Origin: Dicyema japonicum
Lineage: Eukaryota; Animalia; Dicyemida
NCBI GenBank assembly: GCA_011109175.1
Contig: RDEW01000029.1
Location: forward strand, 344,158-408,157
Direction of reading: 5' to 3'
Length of the DNA stretch: 64,000 bases
A program made the position numbers and the translations under genes. The notes beneath the pieces were generated by a model. That model saw only the letters and a program-made list of their open reading frames with translations. It searched no databases and was not told the DNA's origin. This document shows, in pieces, positions 49,560 through 61,244 of the stretch (positions are counted from its first letter, which is position 1; every line of letters begins with the position of its first letter).

Positions 49560-50950
49560 TTTGTTTTTTTGTCTAAAAAAACTTTGCGAATGACTAAAAA
49601 TTAATATAAGTACTTGGAAACCTAATCTCCATTTTTTGTGAATCATAACATGGGCAACTCTGGGGTCCGGCTCGTGTTGGCTATCACCAAACTAGTGAAC
49701 AGGATGCTATTAGGGACACTACCAGAAACAATTCGACACGTAATGTTCTCCGCAAAGTTAATCGCATTCGACAAGAAGGGAGGTGGAATACGCCCTATTG
49801 CAGTCGGACTGGTCTTCCGTCGGTTGGCCTCAAAGCTTGTATGCAGAGCAATCCTGCCTACGCTGATAACACAGCTACAACCAACCCAAATAGGGGTCGG
49901 CACACCGGGGGGTTGTGAAGCAGCAGATCGTGCTGTCCGAACATTCACCGAAAAGAACGTGAACATTCCTCACGTAATCTTCAAAATTGACAATAAAAAT
50001 GCCTTCAACTCGATACGACGTGATACAATTCTGGAGGATTGCTTCACATACTACCCATCAGTGTACAGCTATATTCATAGCTCGTACGGAAAACCATCCA
50101 GTCTAGTACACGGCCAATATTACATTCCATCGTATTCTGGAGTCTAACAAGGAGACCCACTGTGGCCTGCCTTGTTCAGCCTGAGAATTGCCCGTATCAC
50201 AAGATATTGTTCCACTCCCCTGAGAGTATGGTATTTGGATGATTGCACCATGGGCGGCCATCCGAAAGATGTACTAGATTGTTTGAAAAGTCTGATAGTA
50301 CAATTGGAATTTCTATGCTTAACTCTAAACACCAATAAGTGTGAAGTTACCAATTTTGGATTTCCGCAGCCTGAATAGGATCTGATCTTTGGTATGTTCA
50401 GAGAGATCATTCTGAAAGCCACAGAAACCAAATCAGAACAACTGGAAATACTTGGATGCCCTCTTACTGATGCTGGAATCAGTAACACTCTAAGAACAAA
50501 AGAACATCAACTAAAAACAACATTCAGACGTCTGGAGATGCTGACCTCCCTATTCCTCCTGAGAAACGCCTTATCAGCACAGAAACTGAACTACGTTCTT
50601 CGGGGGCACCCTGCTACTTGAAAATGCAACAGCTCGATGCTATCGATTCCCTCTTCCGGACCACTATTGAACGTATCACAAATGTAAAATTTGACGACCA
50701 AAAGTGGGACCAAGCGACCCTACCTGTTAGCCTGGGCGGACTGGGAATCTCTTCAACGAAAGATCTGGTTTGCCCTGCTTATCTATCCTCTTTGGGCTCC
50801 AGCCGACTGCTGATCAGGATAATTCTCCAACTCCAAACAGAATCATCTGAAATCACAGAGATGGAGCATTTGAAGGGGATGATGCCTGAGCAGAAAGATC
50901 GTTTCAACAACCTGTGTTCCAAAAACAGAGGTTGGACTGTATAGTTTTTT
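49560..50950 (+). mobile_element. CRE-like retrotransposon RT region, decayed
   Basis: GGIRPIAVGLVFRRL, Q.GVGTPGGCE, KIDNKNAFNSIRR, WYLDD, LGCPL, QATLPVSLGGLG. Confidence 0.85.
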
Positions 50951-51039
50951 TTATTCATCCACGTTATCAACTGAAGTAAAACTGAGGCTAGTAGGAGCGG
51001 ATATAACCCTCAGGATTATTTTATGAGATATTTTATTTT

Positions 51040-52440
51040 TAATTATATATTTTAGAACCCCAGATTCACAGAGAAAGACATAGTTAGGTGACCCCTGTTC
51101 CCGTAATTATCAGGGCCGTCTTACGTTTGTGGTCTTTCATCGTATCCACCAATAGCTTCCTCTCGTGCTTGCACATGAAAATTCGATTGGGAAAGAGAAC
51201 TTCAAAATCGACTTTCATTTGCTCTGGACAAAAATAGGAAAGGATAATTTTTAAATCAATTAGTTACATAGCAACACTAAAGTTTGTTCTTTCTTCGGTT
51301 ACTTGGAGGACGTTATTACAGTAAGTTCTGGCGGTTGCTTCTTTCAAAAAATTGTGGGCGATCTGGATGCGGCAAACTTGCTTTGAATTCGGTTGTACAA
51401 CTCCTTTATCGAACCAATTCCGGTTTACAACGCGGGGACATAACCACCAAAGAACTGTGGAACCTCAACTCTTTCCACAGAAAACAACTACGACTTCTCC
51501 TGGGCATCTATTGGCCAAATCGGATGACTAACGACGAGCTCTACATAATGACTCAAACATCACAGATTGAAAATAAAGTGACTTCGGCCAAATGGCAGCT
51601 CTGGACATATCCTAAGAGCTTCGGAAATGGCACCGGCCAATCTGGCCATGGAATCATATTTCTCTGTATTAAACAAAACAACGTATCGAGGTCGACAAAG
51701 AACTCATGTGCATAGACAGGAAGCTGAAATCGGGAAAAGATCTGATGGTGGTTGTGAGAAACAGGGGAGGATGGAAACGACTTACAGCGCGTATCCAGAG
51801 ATGCATGCCAAAAGTGGAACCTCAAATTAATTAACTTTTGTGGTTCCGCAGAAATTGCTATTTATAATTATGCCTCCATGTGGACCAGGGATTGTTTCAA
51901 TGTGGCCACAAAGGAGAATCAATAGTCCAGAACGACGATGAAGCCAAACAGAGTCGGGTGCAGATTGGTTAAGGGAAACACTAAACGGTGGAAGAAGTTG
52001 GTGGCTCTATTCGTTCTTTTCCGGAATGGTTGACATCATTTCAGGTGAACCACAAGACACCACGATTTCAAATTTCTTATCGGAGAGTATGCTCTACAAA
52101 CTCAATTCAATGATTCCAAAAACTATTCATATGTTGGTCCTTCATATTGGATCAACAGTCAATCCCTTATTCACGGAAGCTACGTCCCGTAGTTGCGGAT
52201 CCGGGATCTTTCGTTTCTGTGAGGAAGATGGAAACTCATTTCGCCTGTCCATTTCCAAGGAAAAAGAAAACTGATTGGTTAAAAAGTTCTCCTTTGAAGG
52301 AATGAGAGAAGGATCTTTCATACAGGATTGAGAACAATGGAATACCACAGACGTTGGATGACGAAGTTGATTACGGGAACTGGGATCACCTATTTTTTTT
52401 GTCTTTCTTGGTGATCCCTGGGCTCTAAATAAATAAATGT
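51040..52440. mobile_element. Cluster of LINE 3' fragments: Vingi-like (51040-51250, minus), RTE (51284-51830, plus), Vingi-like (52020-52440, plus)
   Basis: GG.TCAC hairpin tails; LNSFHRKQLRLLLGIYWP; RFCEEDGNS matches 41330-41560. Confidence 0.7.
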
Positions 52441-52658
52441 ACTGTGATGGTTAGGTAGATGACACTTTTCTAATAATGTCTTTATCCTACTAAACTTGTA
52501 GAAAAAATAGTGAAGACCACCGACACAATTTACGCTTTGAACAAAAGGTATAAGACATTAATAGAATCATCTAATTTCGTCAATAAAAAACATTAATTTT
52601 ACAGAAAAATCGAGACAACTAAAAACCTAAATAAAATTCAAAAACAAATTAATGAAAA

Positions 52659-55302
52659 TTATTTATCAATAATCTGCTCATTAAGCTTATCTACGAGTGC
52701 TGAAATGAGCAGGGAGGGCTTTGACCTTGACGAATGGATAACAAATCCATCTCTAACAAATTCCTACAAATAAGCACAGTCAATACATCTATCGATCCAC
52801 TAACAATCATATTCCCGACAACACTCTCCACTATTGACTTACTCAGCTCAAACTCTTTCGTTAAAAACTCGAATGAAATGCTCGTGTACACTTCAGTGTA
52901 TGAGACCATAAACATCTTTAGAGACTCCGTTTAATTTCTTTCTAATAAAATGTCCTTAAATTCTTCAGGATTCATGACCAAGGAAATCAACTATGATAAC
53001 AACCACGTGTCACTTTCCCAATCAAAGGTGCCTCTGCGACAAAATAGAAACATTTTATCCAATCTCCATCCTTTAGAAAGTGAGCTGCCTCAACCACGTG
53101 CTCCCAAATATCTTCAGGTGGACCTCGGATAGCAGTCTTCTCGACTGTGTTCAACACATTCTCAAAATGTCGACAATGTACATCACGTTTTCTTTTACTA
53201 TCTTCAATAACAACTCAAACAAACCCAATATTCTAAAAGGCACGTGGGATACTAAAGCAGAGACCAAATATGCATATTCTAATAGACGAACATTCACGTG
53301 CATGTGAAGTGGAACCTTCATATTTGCCCCGTCAGCTGCCACCTCTTTGGACACCTTCCGTGAAACCCCAATAAACCTCATATCCCATTAAGTAACCAAT
53401 TTGGGGGTGGACGGCAATATCTGCAAGACAACGGTAAGAGTCTTCAAATCTCCCCAACAGAAAGGCACATATTCCCATCTGTCCCAGACATCTGTTGTAA
53501 AGGGATTGAGTTGCCAGATCCATGTTTTTAGAACATGCCAGTTCGGCAACATGACTGAAAGAATAGAGTTCATAAGCCTTGTTCCAATTCCTATGGAGAC
53601 TATTGTGGTACACAGCGTATAGGACTGCCCTAACAGAAAGAACAGAATAGGAGTCTTCCTCAGAAAACACATCAGAGCAATACTCTTCAATGGTGGAGGA
53701 CAGATTAGTCTACAAATCAGTACACACAATACAGTAATGTCACTGTCCACCAAATGACTGTATTTGTAGTACAACAAATCCAACAGAATAATACTAATAT
53801 CTGCACAATATGCACGTCCCTTTAAATAAGCACGTGTTCGTTGGCATATTCTAATAACTTGAAAATCCTCATTAAGTCTACAGTCACAAGAATAGAAAAC
53901 CTCTCCACAAATTGATCAGAGAACTCATCCACGGCCAGCAATCGTTTTTTATACTCCGTCGACAGATGATCAACCATAATCATGATATTACAATGGACAA
54001 CCATATCCCCATCCTTTAAGAGTAACCAATAAACTCACAAATAAATTTTCATCCCCACTTCCTGTGGAGGGTCGTAGTTCTATATTAGGATTACCCTCAA
54101 TGTAATCCAACAAAACGCAGAAAAACGTGATAAACCTTAAAGTAAGGGACGTCCCAACCTATTCCAAGCCGTATCCTTCATTGAAGTCAAATTGGAGTTA
54201 CTACTGAAAAGATCAACCAACTCCAATATAGAAATCACAATTTTCATTTCCAACGCAACAGAAAAGCCACGTGACTTTACAACCATTAACAGTTCTTCCA
54301 ACTGCTCAAACGTCTGCTTGAGTATTTTCCTTTGTTTGAATTTCACAGAGACAATCTCTGTCAGTTTACCGAGACATCTATTTCCCGTCAACTCCTCGTC
54401 TTCTTCAAACAGAGATGATACAACCTTTGGTATATAGACCACACCAACGGCTTTGGCGGGCTCTTCCTGCCTTTTCTTCACTCGTCTTTTCCTGAAAAAT
54501 ATATGTGACACATACCTTTTGGAGTCCTCAGCCTTTTCGTCCAGATCCTGCACATCGTCGTAGAACAAGTCCTCGATATCTCGACTAACAACACCATCTA
54601 CCTTTATCCTCAGCCTTTGCCCTGTATTTTTCAATTTCACCACTGAATTCCGCGAAACGAGGCCTCATAATTCCACGTAGAGATGGAAGAGCCTTTCTGT
54701 TGACTGTGGACAATTCACTCTTTGTATTCCATTGCTGAAATGATAACGGAATTCAACATTATCAATGTACTCCTCAAAAAGGGACAGAAATCTGACAAAA
54801 TAGTTTGGGGTACCATTTTGGAAGTACTTGGATGCCTTCAAGTATAAATCATACAATTTTTTAGCCTCTTTAAGTAATAATCAATCAGTAACCCCCATAA
54901 ACAGAACTGTTGTCCCCTGTTTTTGTATAATCGTGGATTTTCTCGATGCACGCCTTCAGGGAGTCGATTCTTATATAAATGAACAAAATAACCTTTTCAC
55001 AGACTCTTCTTTGTATGGAACACGTACATCCAAAGCTTCCCTAACGTTTAAATAAGCACGTGCTACTCATTGTCCACCTTGGAACGCCCTTTGATTTCGA
55101 CCTCTTCATCTTCTTCTTCAGAGCTCGATTTGTATACGGACTTCTTGTACATGATGGAAAGTTCCCTAGTATGATTATTTGAATAATTACTCTTCGGAGT
55201 CAGAATCCTCACAGTTCATTTTTACAAGAACGTCACTGAAATATTATAAAGTCAAATGTACTCAGAATCATCACTGGAATCTTCTACTCTTACAGCTCTC
55301 AT
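52659..55302 (-). CDS. EIF3C: Eukaryotic translation initiation factor 3 subunit C
   Basis: YLKASKYFQNGTPNYFVRFLSLFEEYI; FVERLNEDFQVIRICQRTRAYL..LLYYKY; RAVLYAVYHNSLHRNWNKAYEL..LYNRCLGQMGICAF; YTEVYTSISFEFLTKEFEL (PCI); many 22-27-nt introns. Start codon is tentative. Confidence 0.9.
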
Positions 55303-55477
55303 TTTCCCCACAAGAACCTATAGTGTCTATATTGTTTTAACGTGTTTTTTTTAATTTTTAAATTTATACAATTTTCATTTTTATTATTAATTATTTTACA
55401 TACAATTTATATATTTACTACTCTGATAAATTTTCAGTCACGTGAAATTTGCCATTTTCATCACAAAAAAGTACGCC

Positions 55478-55860
55478 ATGTCGAGGGTTATCAATGATTT
55501 AGTATTAACTATGGCCATTCGGAACCTAATAGAAAATGAGTTTCCTTCCTCAACACTAGATAACTCGGAAGAAACCCTTGATAGAGATTTTAGAAGAATT
55601 TTTTTGCAATTCAGTTTGGGACATTTCCGTCTTTCGAATAGATCAGAGTTTTGACGCATTCCAGCAATACTTTCACCCAAGCACAGCGATCAGAGGACGT
55701 TGTTCAGGGACCTTAGGTCGATGCCAGAACTCGTCGCCAGGGAGCGAAATTTGAGTTTTTATCGAACACATTTACTTTCCTGATGAGGCTCAGTAGACTG
55801 ATGGTCGATCTGGTCTCAAAGCGTTAAATCGATAAACGCTTAAGGCTTCGGCTTTCTAAC
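55478..55860 (+). other. Possible small intron-containing gene divergent from eIF3c (unidentified)
   Basis: ATG 39 bp after a CACGTG; ORF MSRVINDLVL... with several GT-AG micro-intron candidates; no consistent splice model found. Confidence 0.25.
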
Positions 55861-55873
55861 ACTAATTATTATT

Positions 55874-57128
55874 ATAAGCACTTATCGCTATGTCATAGGA
55901 CTTGACAAAGCATGTGCAACACGAGTTAGCAAATCACTGGTTAGTTTCATCCACTTCCTCCTATTCAAAGCCGCAGCGCGCAACCAGTCCAGATCCTCTC
56001 CACTTGCAAGATGCCGTCCCATTTCTTTGAGGTCCTCGTCGAGAACGACTGCCAGTGTCGTCCTTGGGCGACCACGGAAACGGGGGGCCTCCAACATGAA
56101 GTAATCCTCCATGGCTACGTTCGCGGGGGCATCTAGGTCCAGTCGCAGAATATGGCCGAAAAACCTCCATCGTGTATCCAGAGTCTCATTAGAAATTTCT
56201 GAGGTCTTCGTCCTCTTATAGAGAAGATTAGATGACATCCTCGTATCACTTCTTTCGAACATCATATGCCGTAGTTGGTCTCTATGAAACGCATTAAGCC
56301 TCTTCAGTTCATTTCTTGAGCAGGCCCAGGTACCAGCGTTATATAGTAGTATGGGTTTCACTAGCGAGTTGTATAATCGAGTTTTTGTTATAATGTCAAG
56401 GCCCTTTTTGTGAAGCCAGATGTTCTTTAATCTGGAGAGGGCAGTTTGTGCTAGGGTTTTCCTTCTCGTAATTTCTTCAGATAATGGGTCTCCCTGTGGA
56501 GTGCCAGCAGTCGTCTCAAATCGGCGAGACAAGGCTCCCCGACTCTTACAGTGAGCCAAGTATCAGCTAGGAGGGTGGTGGCCATTCTTGACAGTTGAAG
56601 CGTCTAGGAAACTTTCCAAAACCAGCATTAGCCTCCGTCTGTCGACAGAGTCGAAGGCCCTCGAAATGTCGATTCCGAGGATGGTTGTAGACATTTTGAA
56701 CTTTTGAACGGCCGCAGATCTCCACTTGTGGGACCACAAAAAATCGGAAGTAGATCTTCCTTTTCGGAATCTGCTGTGGTATGGCGACAGAAAAGTATCT
56801 AGGCGTCCTTCCATCCTTTGTAATGTTATGTTTGCCAAAATTTTTCTAAGTAAATTCATTAATATGACTGGACGGAGGTTTTCCAACTTAGCTCTTGGTT
56901 CATTTGCCTTCTGTACAGGTAACAAGATACCCTCTCCCAGGGTCAGCGTGTGATCATAATAGTACATTTCATTTATGATCCTAGCGATGCATTCATACAG
57001 ATTTTGGGTTCCATATTTGAAGAATTCACCAGCGAGTCCGTTGGGGCCAGGAGTCCTGTTGTTTTTCAACTTGGAACTCGCAAGTCCAACTTCATATGGT
57101 GTGATTTCCTCGTCCAATTTTCCTCGTT
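55874..57128 (-). mobile_element. RTE LINE, 5'-truncated and internally deleted, 17-bp TSD
   Basis: TAACACTAATTATTATT at 55857-55873 and 57129-57145; DISRAFDS, GTPQGDPLS fused directly to post-RT sequence, RWRFFGHILR. Confidence 0.9.
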
Positions 57129-57220
57129 TAACACTAATTATTATTTCTAAAATTAATATTTTTTATTTTAAATTAATATTAATTAATTTAAATAAAGTTT
57201 CCAAGATCTTAAAGTCAGAG

Positions 57221-57932
57221 ATGCCCGAATGGGGAACGTTAGTCAAATCTTGCCCTAAAACGTGTTTATTACAGGATGGTTAGCCACAATAAATATTAAA
57301 GGACGCTTCAAAATCCACTACGAATTGAACAAAGAATTAGAAATGGTGGAGGAATATCATTGCTCTACCTACGATATTTACAGTACTTATCCATTTAATG
57401 CGCAGTCAGAAAGTTCCGTAAAAAATCCCCCCTAAAGGGGTACTCAAAATGGGTCTATGAAATAGGTGATGATCATGGGGGACTAATAAATGATGATATT
57501 AACCTTAATAATGAACAGGTAACTGAATTGTTTAGTCACAGCCATTTTGCACAAGATACGACTCTAAGACGCATGCAGAGTGGAGAATAAGGAATCTTCC
57601 TTATCCTTTGGGGACTTACAAAGTTATTTGTGATGAACAGAAACCAAATATTATTGTGACTACTTCAAACAAGAAGTTGAGACCTTTACCATAGTTAGAT
57701 ACTACAAGATTGTCCAATTCGAGGAAATGGAGAGACTCAACTTGGATTTGAGACAAAGTGCCCTCAAGTATTCGCATTCAAATAATACTCTGATAATAAA
57801 GGTTGGACAAAAATATTATTTTAGTACGAGAAACCCCCCGAACTCCTCAAATTGGAGCAACAAATTCGTCATCAGTTGTCGAAAGTTAAACTTACTAAGG
57901 AAAACACAACCTCAGATTGCTCTGTTTGTTAA
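57221..57932 (+). CDS. DPCD: DPCD (deleted in primary ciliary dyskinesia homologue), with one apparent frameshift
   Basis: MPEWGTLVKSCPKTCLLQD/GRFKIHY..EMVEEY..RKFRKKS..WVYEIGD..EWRIRNLPYP..IIVTTSNKK/YYK..SHSNNTLIIK/YEKP..DCSVC*; one G appears missing at ~57610. Confidence 0.9.
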
Positions 57933-57959
57933 CTAAAATATCATTTTTTGTTTTTAAAA

Positions 57960-58513
57960 CGACTTTTTCTTTGAACGATCTTTTCATAAAAACCAAGTCA
58001 TCCTTTTGCTCTAGCATTTATACAACTAGCCGAGATGAATCAGCTTATCTTGAAGCTACAGAAGATCAGACTTAATCACCTGTGCACAGAAAATATTTGG
58101 AGATATTGAAATTTTGGAAAAAACAGTTTGAGAAACACAATCTGGCATCACTGCTATCAAAATTTAACAACAACAACCCTACATCGGAATGCATTGCTGT
58201 ATACACTGCCCATCTTAATGGTCTTATTGTAGATTTTGGAAGAAAATTCAATTACCTTTTAAATATGGATTGTCCACTCTGCTTTGTGGACCTAAAAATA
58301 ATGAACCAGGAGATAAAAATCCTGAGTTGGTTGAAATGCTGTTGGATTTGAATGTGAAACTGAGTTTATCCTTGATTATTAACTTAAAACTAGTTAATTG
58401 AGTGTTGTCAATTTTTTTGATGTTTATCCTTGATTATTAAAATTAAGGGCCTCAAAAAAGTTGGTTAGCTACATTTTGGTGAAATTCTCTGTCGACCACG
58501 TTGAGAACCACTG
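57960..58513 (+). mobile_element. hAT remnant with right terminus
   Basis: HLNGLIVDFGRKF-type fragment; GTTGAGAACCACTG end followed by TTTTAGAC. Confidence 0.55.
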
Positions 58514-58515
58514 TT

Positions 58516-59050
58516 TTAGACAATCGATGTCGCAATGGTTTCGAAGAGACGTATATGTCTATATTTCAGTATTTCCTTGGAGATACTATCCGATCCAGCG
58601 CTTCTGTGATTCGTTAGCTTACTGCACCCACTCTGAACTTCCTTAGATGTGATAATTGTTTCCAGCATCCATAGTTCTATGATAAAAGGGGTCAGCTCAT
58701 GGCGGTTCGCATTGAGCAGCTTTTCAAAATGAGTAAAAATCAATTCAAACCAACACTGCTGCTTCCTAGGAAAAATGAGATAGCAGATCGTATATCATCT
58801 GTGGTATCCTTCCAATTTCTGTCTCGTGTAGATCTGACGGGGCGTGTGGATGTTTTTGGGTGATGAGCTAAAGGGTTACTTTAGTTGGTGAAAGAACCTT
58901 GTCATTGCTGGAGAGCGTACGCAAGGCACTCCAAATGTCTCCGACCATGACCTTCTTATTCACTTCTTTGCGTATATTCCAATTGTTTTTCTTGATCCTG
59001 GACGATGAGGAGTTGATGCGCCACGGAGAGGTCAAGATTGTCCCGATTGT
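58516..59050 (-). mobile_element. RTE fragment
   Basis: RNKEVNK..DIWSALR; ITSKEV..KLTNHRSAGSDSI.KEILK. Confidence 0.6.
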
Positions 59051-59400
59051 ACTCACTTGGATGGCCTAGTGACTTTACATTCGTGGAAGTATGGCAGATC
59101 TTTGAATATAAGTGAAGGAACGTATGTTCAATCGCTGTTAATCAAGAAGACTTTGGAGAGTATGATTGTATCATATAGGAACAAAACCGACGTTTCGCGG
59201 AGTTATGATAACTTAATGAAGGAATACAGGATATTTACGGTCTGATTATAAAGGAATTCAAGAAAAGAATGTGAGCGAAGTGATGACAACATATATTGAG
59301 GAAAAGGATTGTGATAATTGGGTTTACTCCCATAGTTGCTCGATGATGAAACGAAGTGGATAGAGAACATTTAATTAGAATATTCTGTTGATATGGATTT
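59050..59400 (+). mobile_element. R4/Dong-type 3' end fragment
   Basis: DGLVT...YVQSLLIKKTLESM matches the C-terminus of 29634-29993. Confidence 0.55.
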
Positions 59401-60099
59401 ATAATTATAGAATTATATAATATTTTTGATTAAAAATCACATTTTTATAAGTTTTAACAATTTAAAAAAACACATTAATTTTTGACTTTATTGACAAAAA
59501 ATTGCCCTACCATCATATCTTTCGATCAGTTCATCGCGAGCTAATTTCAAGGGACCACGTGGGCGGGTTCCTAGATAAAAAGTCTAAATTTTTATTTTTG
59601 TATTTATCTTTAAAATGTGATTTTGGAAATTAAATGCAGCTCTCAAGGTCTCCAATTAGTTATCATATGGCTTAAACTCTTTGCTTGTCTTGTCTTCAAA
59701 AAAGGTATATTCTCTTCAAACAGATCCCACCCGTGAAATGACGAGTCCTCATGGCATGACACAGTTGCCCTGGTCAAATCAAATACTGAAGATTCCCTGC
59801 GTTAGAATGAAGTGACCACCTTAACTAATATAGCCACCATCGTGGTCCATAATCAGAATTTAAAAATCTCATTTTAATATTTTTTAGAAAATTGAACTTT
59901 TCAATTTCTTCTATCCTGGGGACCTGCCCAGGTGGTTTCTTGAATTTACTGACAATGAATTTACCTAGAACCTATTTGATTTCGCAGAGAAATGTTATTT
60001 CCGATCTGCTTGCGTTTCCAACATGTTAGATATACAACAGCTGATTAGCTTGGTTTCACTATCACCTTATTGTTCTATATTTTTATGGTTATAGATAAT

Positions 60100-60950
60100 T
60101 ATTTTCATTGAAAAGGGAAATATGTCACTATTTCTCATTAATAAGGCTTTCATTCACCACAAGTGCAATAGAGGACTCCACCTCTATCTTCAGACTAATT
60201 GTTTAATAAAATGTTACTCCAGCATGAAAAAGGACTCTTAATAGATGCTCTAATCAAACAGTAAAAACATAACTAAATTATTCTGGAAGCAACAAATAAA
60301 GTGAAAAGACACCTTCAAAATTATTACTCTCAAGGACCACCAGATCATTATTTTATTTTGGTTGAAGAGAAGTTTTTAATATTTTTTACTCATATTAAAC
60401 CACTAAAAGAAGACGTGGAGAATGCCTAGGAACAACCAAATTGAACGATACAATTCATAATGAGTGTAAGCTTTCTGCATGCTAGTAGTTGGGGTTGGTA
60501 ATTTACTGAATTTAGTAGATCTCCTATTTTCCCATTTTTGAAAAATTTTCAAAAATATATGCTAAATGAACCTCCTTGTAGATAAAACACAAAATATCAA
60601 GTCAGGAAGGTAATATATTAGATTTAAAGCATGCAACCACGACTCCTGCTGAGTTTAGAAAAAGGAATTTTGCCTTTTGTATAAACTTGTTTATGCAGGT
60701 TTTTTTAATAATTTCTTAAATGAATTCTAATGACAACAAGTTGGCCAGAATTATGTGACAACACATCCGAGAAGAATGATACAAACTGATAACTGCATGG
60801 TGAGATGTAAATGAAGACACCCTCTTTTCAATTTAATTTTAATCCCGAAATCACGAGAAAGGAGATAAGATTTATCGTCTGATCCTGGTGTCCATACCAG
60901 TCCTTTTCTTGACATCCACCGTTTATACATATTAGGGTTTCCAAGTTGAT
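60100..60950 (+). mobile_element. Highly decayed Tc1/mariner-like remnant
   Basis: Only faint TVKRHL and DN..H-like traces. Confidence 0.2.
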
Positions 60951-61244
60951 TAATAGGAAATACTTTAAATTTTGTAAAAATTTATTATTACAATAATTCT
61001 AAAAAATATTTTAAAATACTAATAAATTTAAAATAAATAAATAATAATGTGATGACAGGAATAGTATTAAGTTGAAGGTTTTGACAATGTACTTTAAATA
61101 AAATACAAACTCTTCAAAAAACTGACAAAGTATAGCGTTGAAGCATTCCACAGGATTTAAGATTATTTTGCGGAAAGTACGTCCTGATAATTTTTATAAA
61201 CCACAAAAACCGGCAGAACCGAGATAAAGTACTTTCGAGCTGAA

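Noticed and set aside
53820-53833. Record-short 14-nt intron in eIF3c
   Set aside because: An upstream 23-nt intron puts this stretch in frame (RTRAYLKGRAY) with better homology.
55770-55850. Hammerhead ribozyme (CTGATGAG...) or further LSU rRNA
   Set aside because: No GAAA after stem II, no stem I/III with a cleavage triplet, and rRNA similarity is too weak and not colinear enough.
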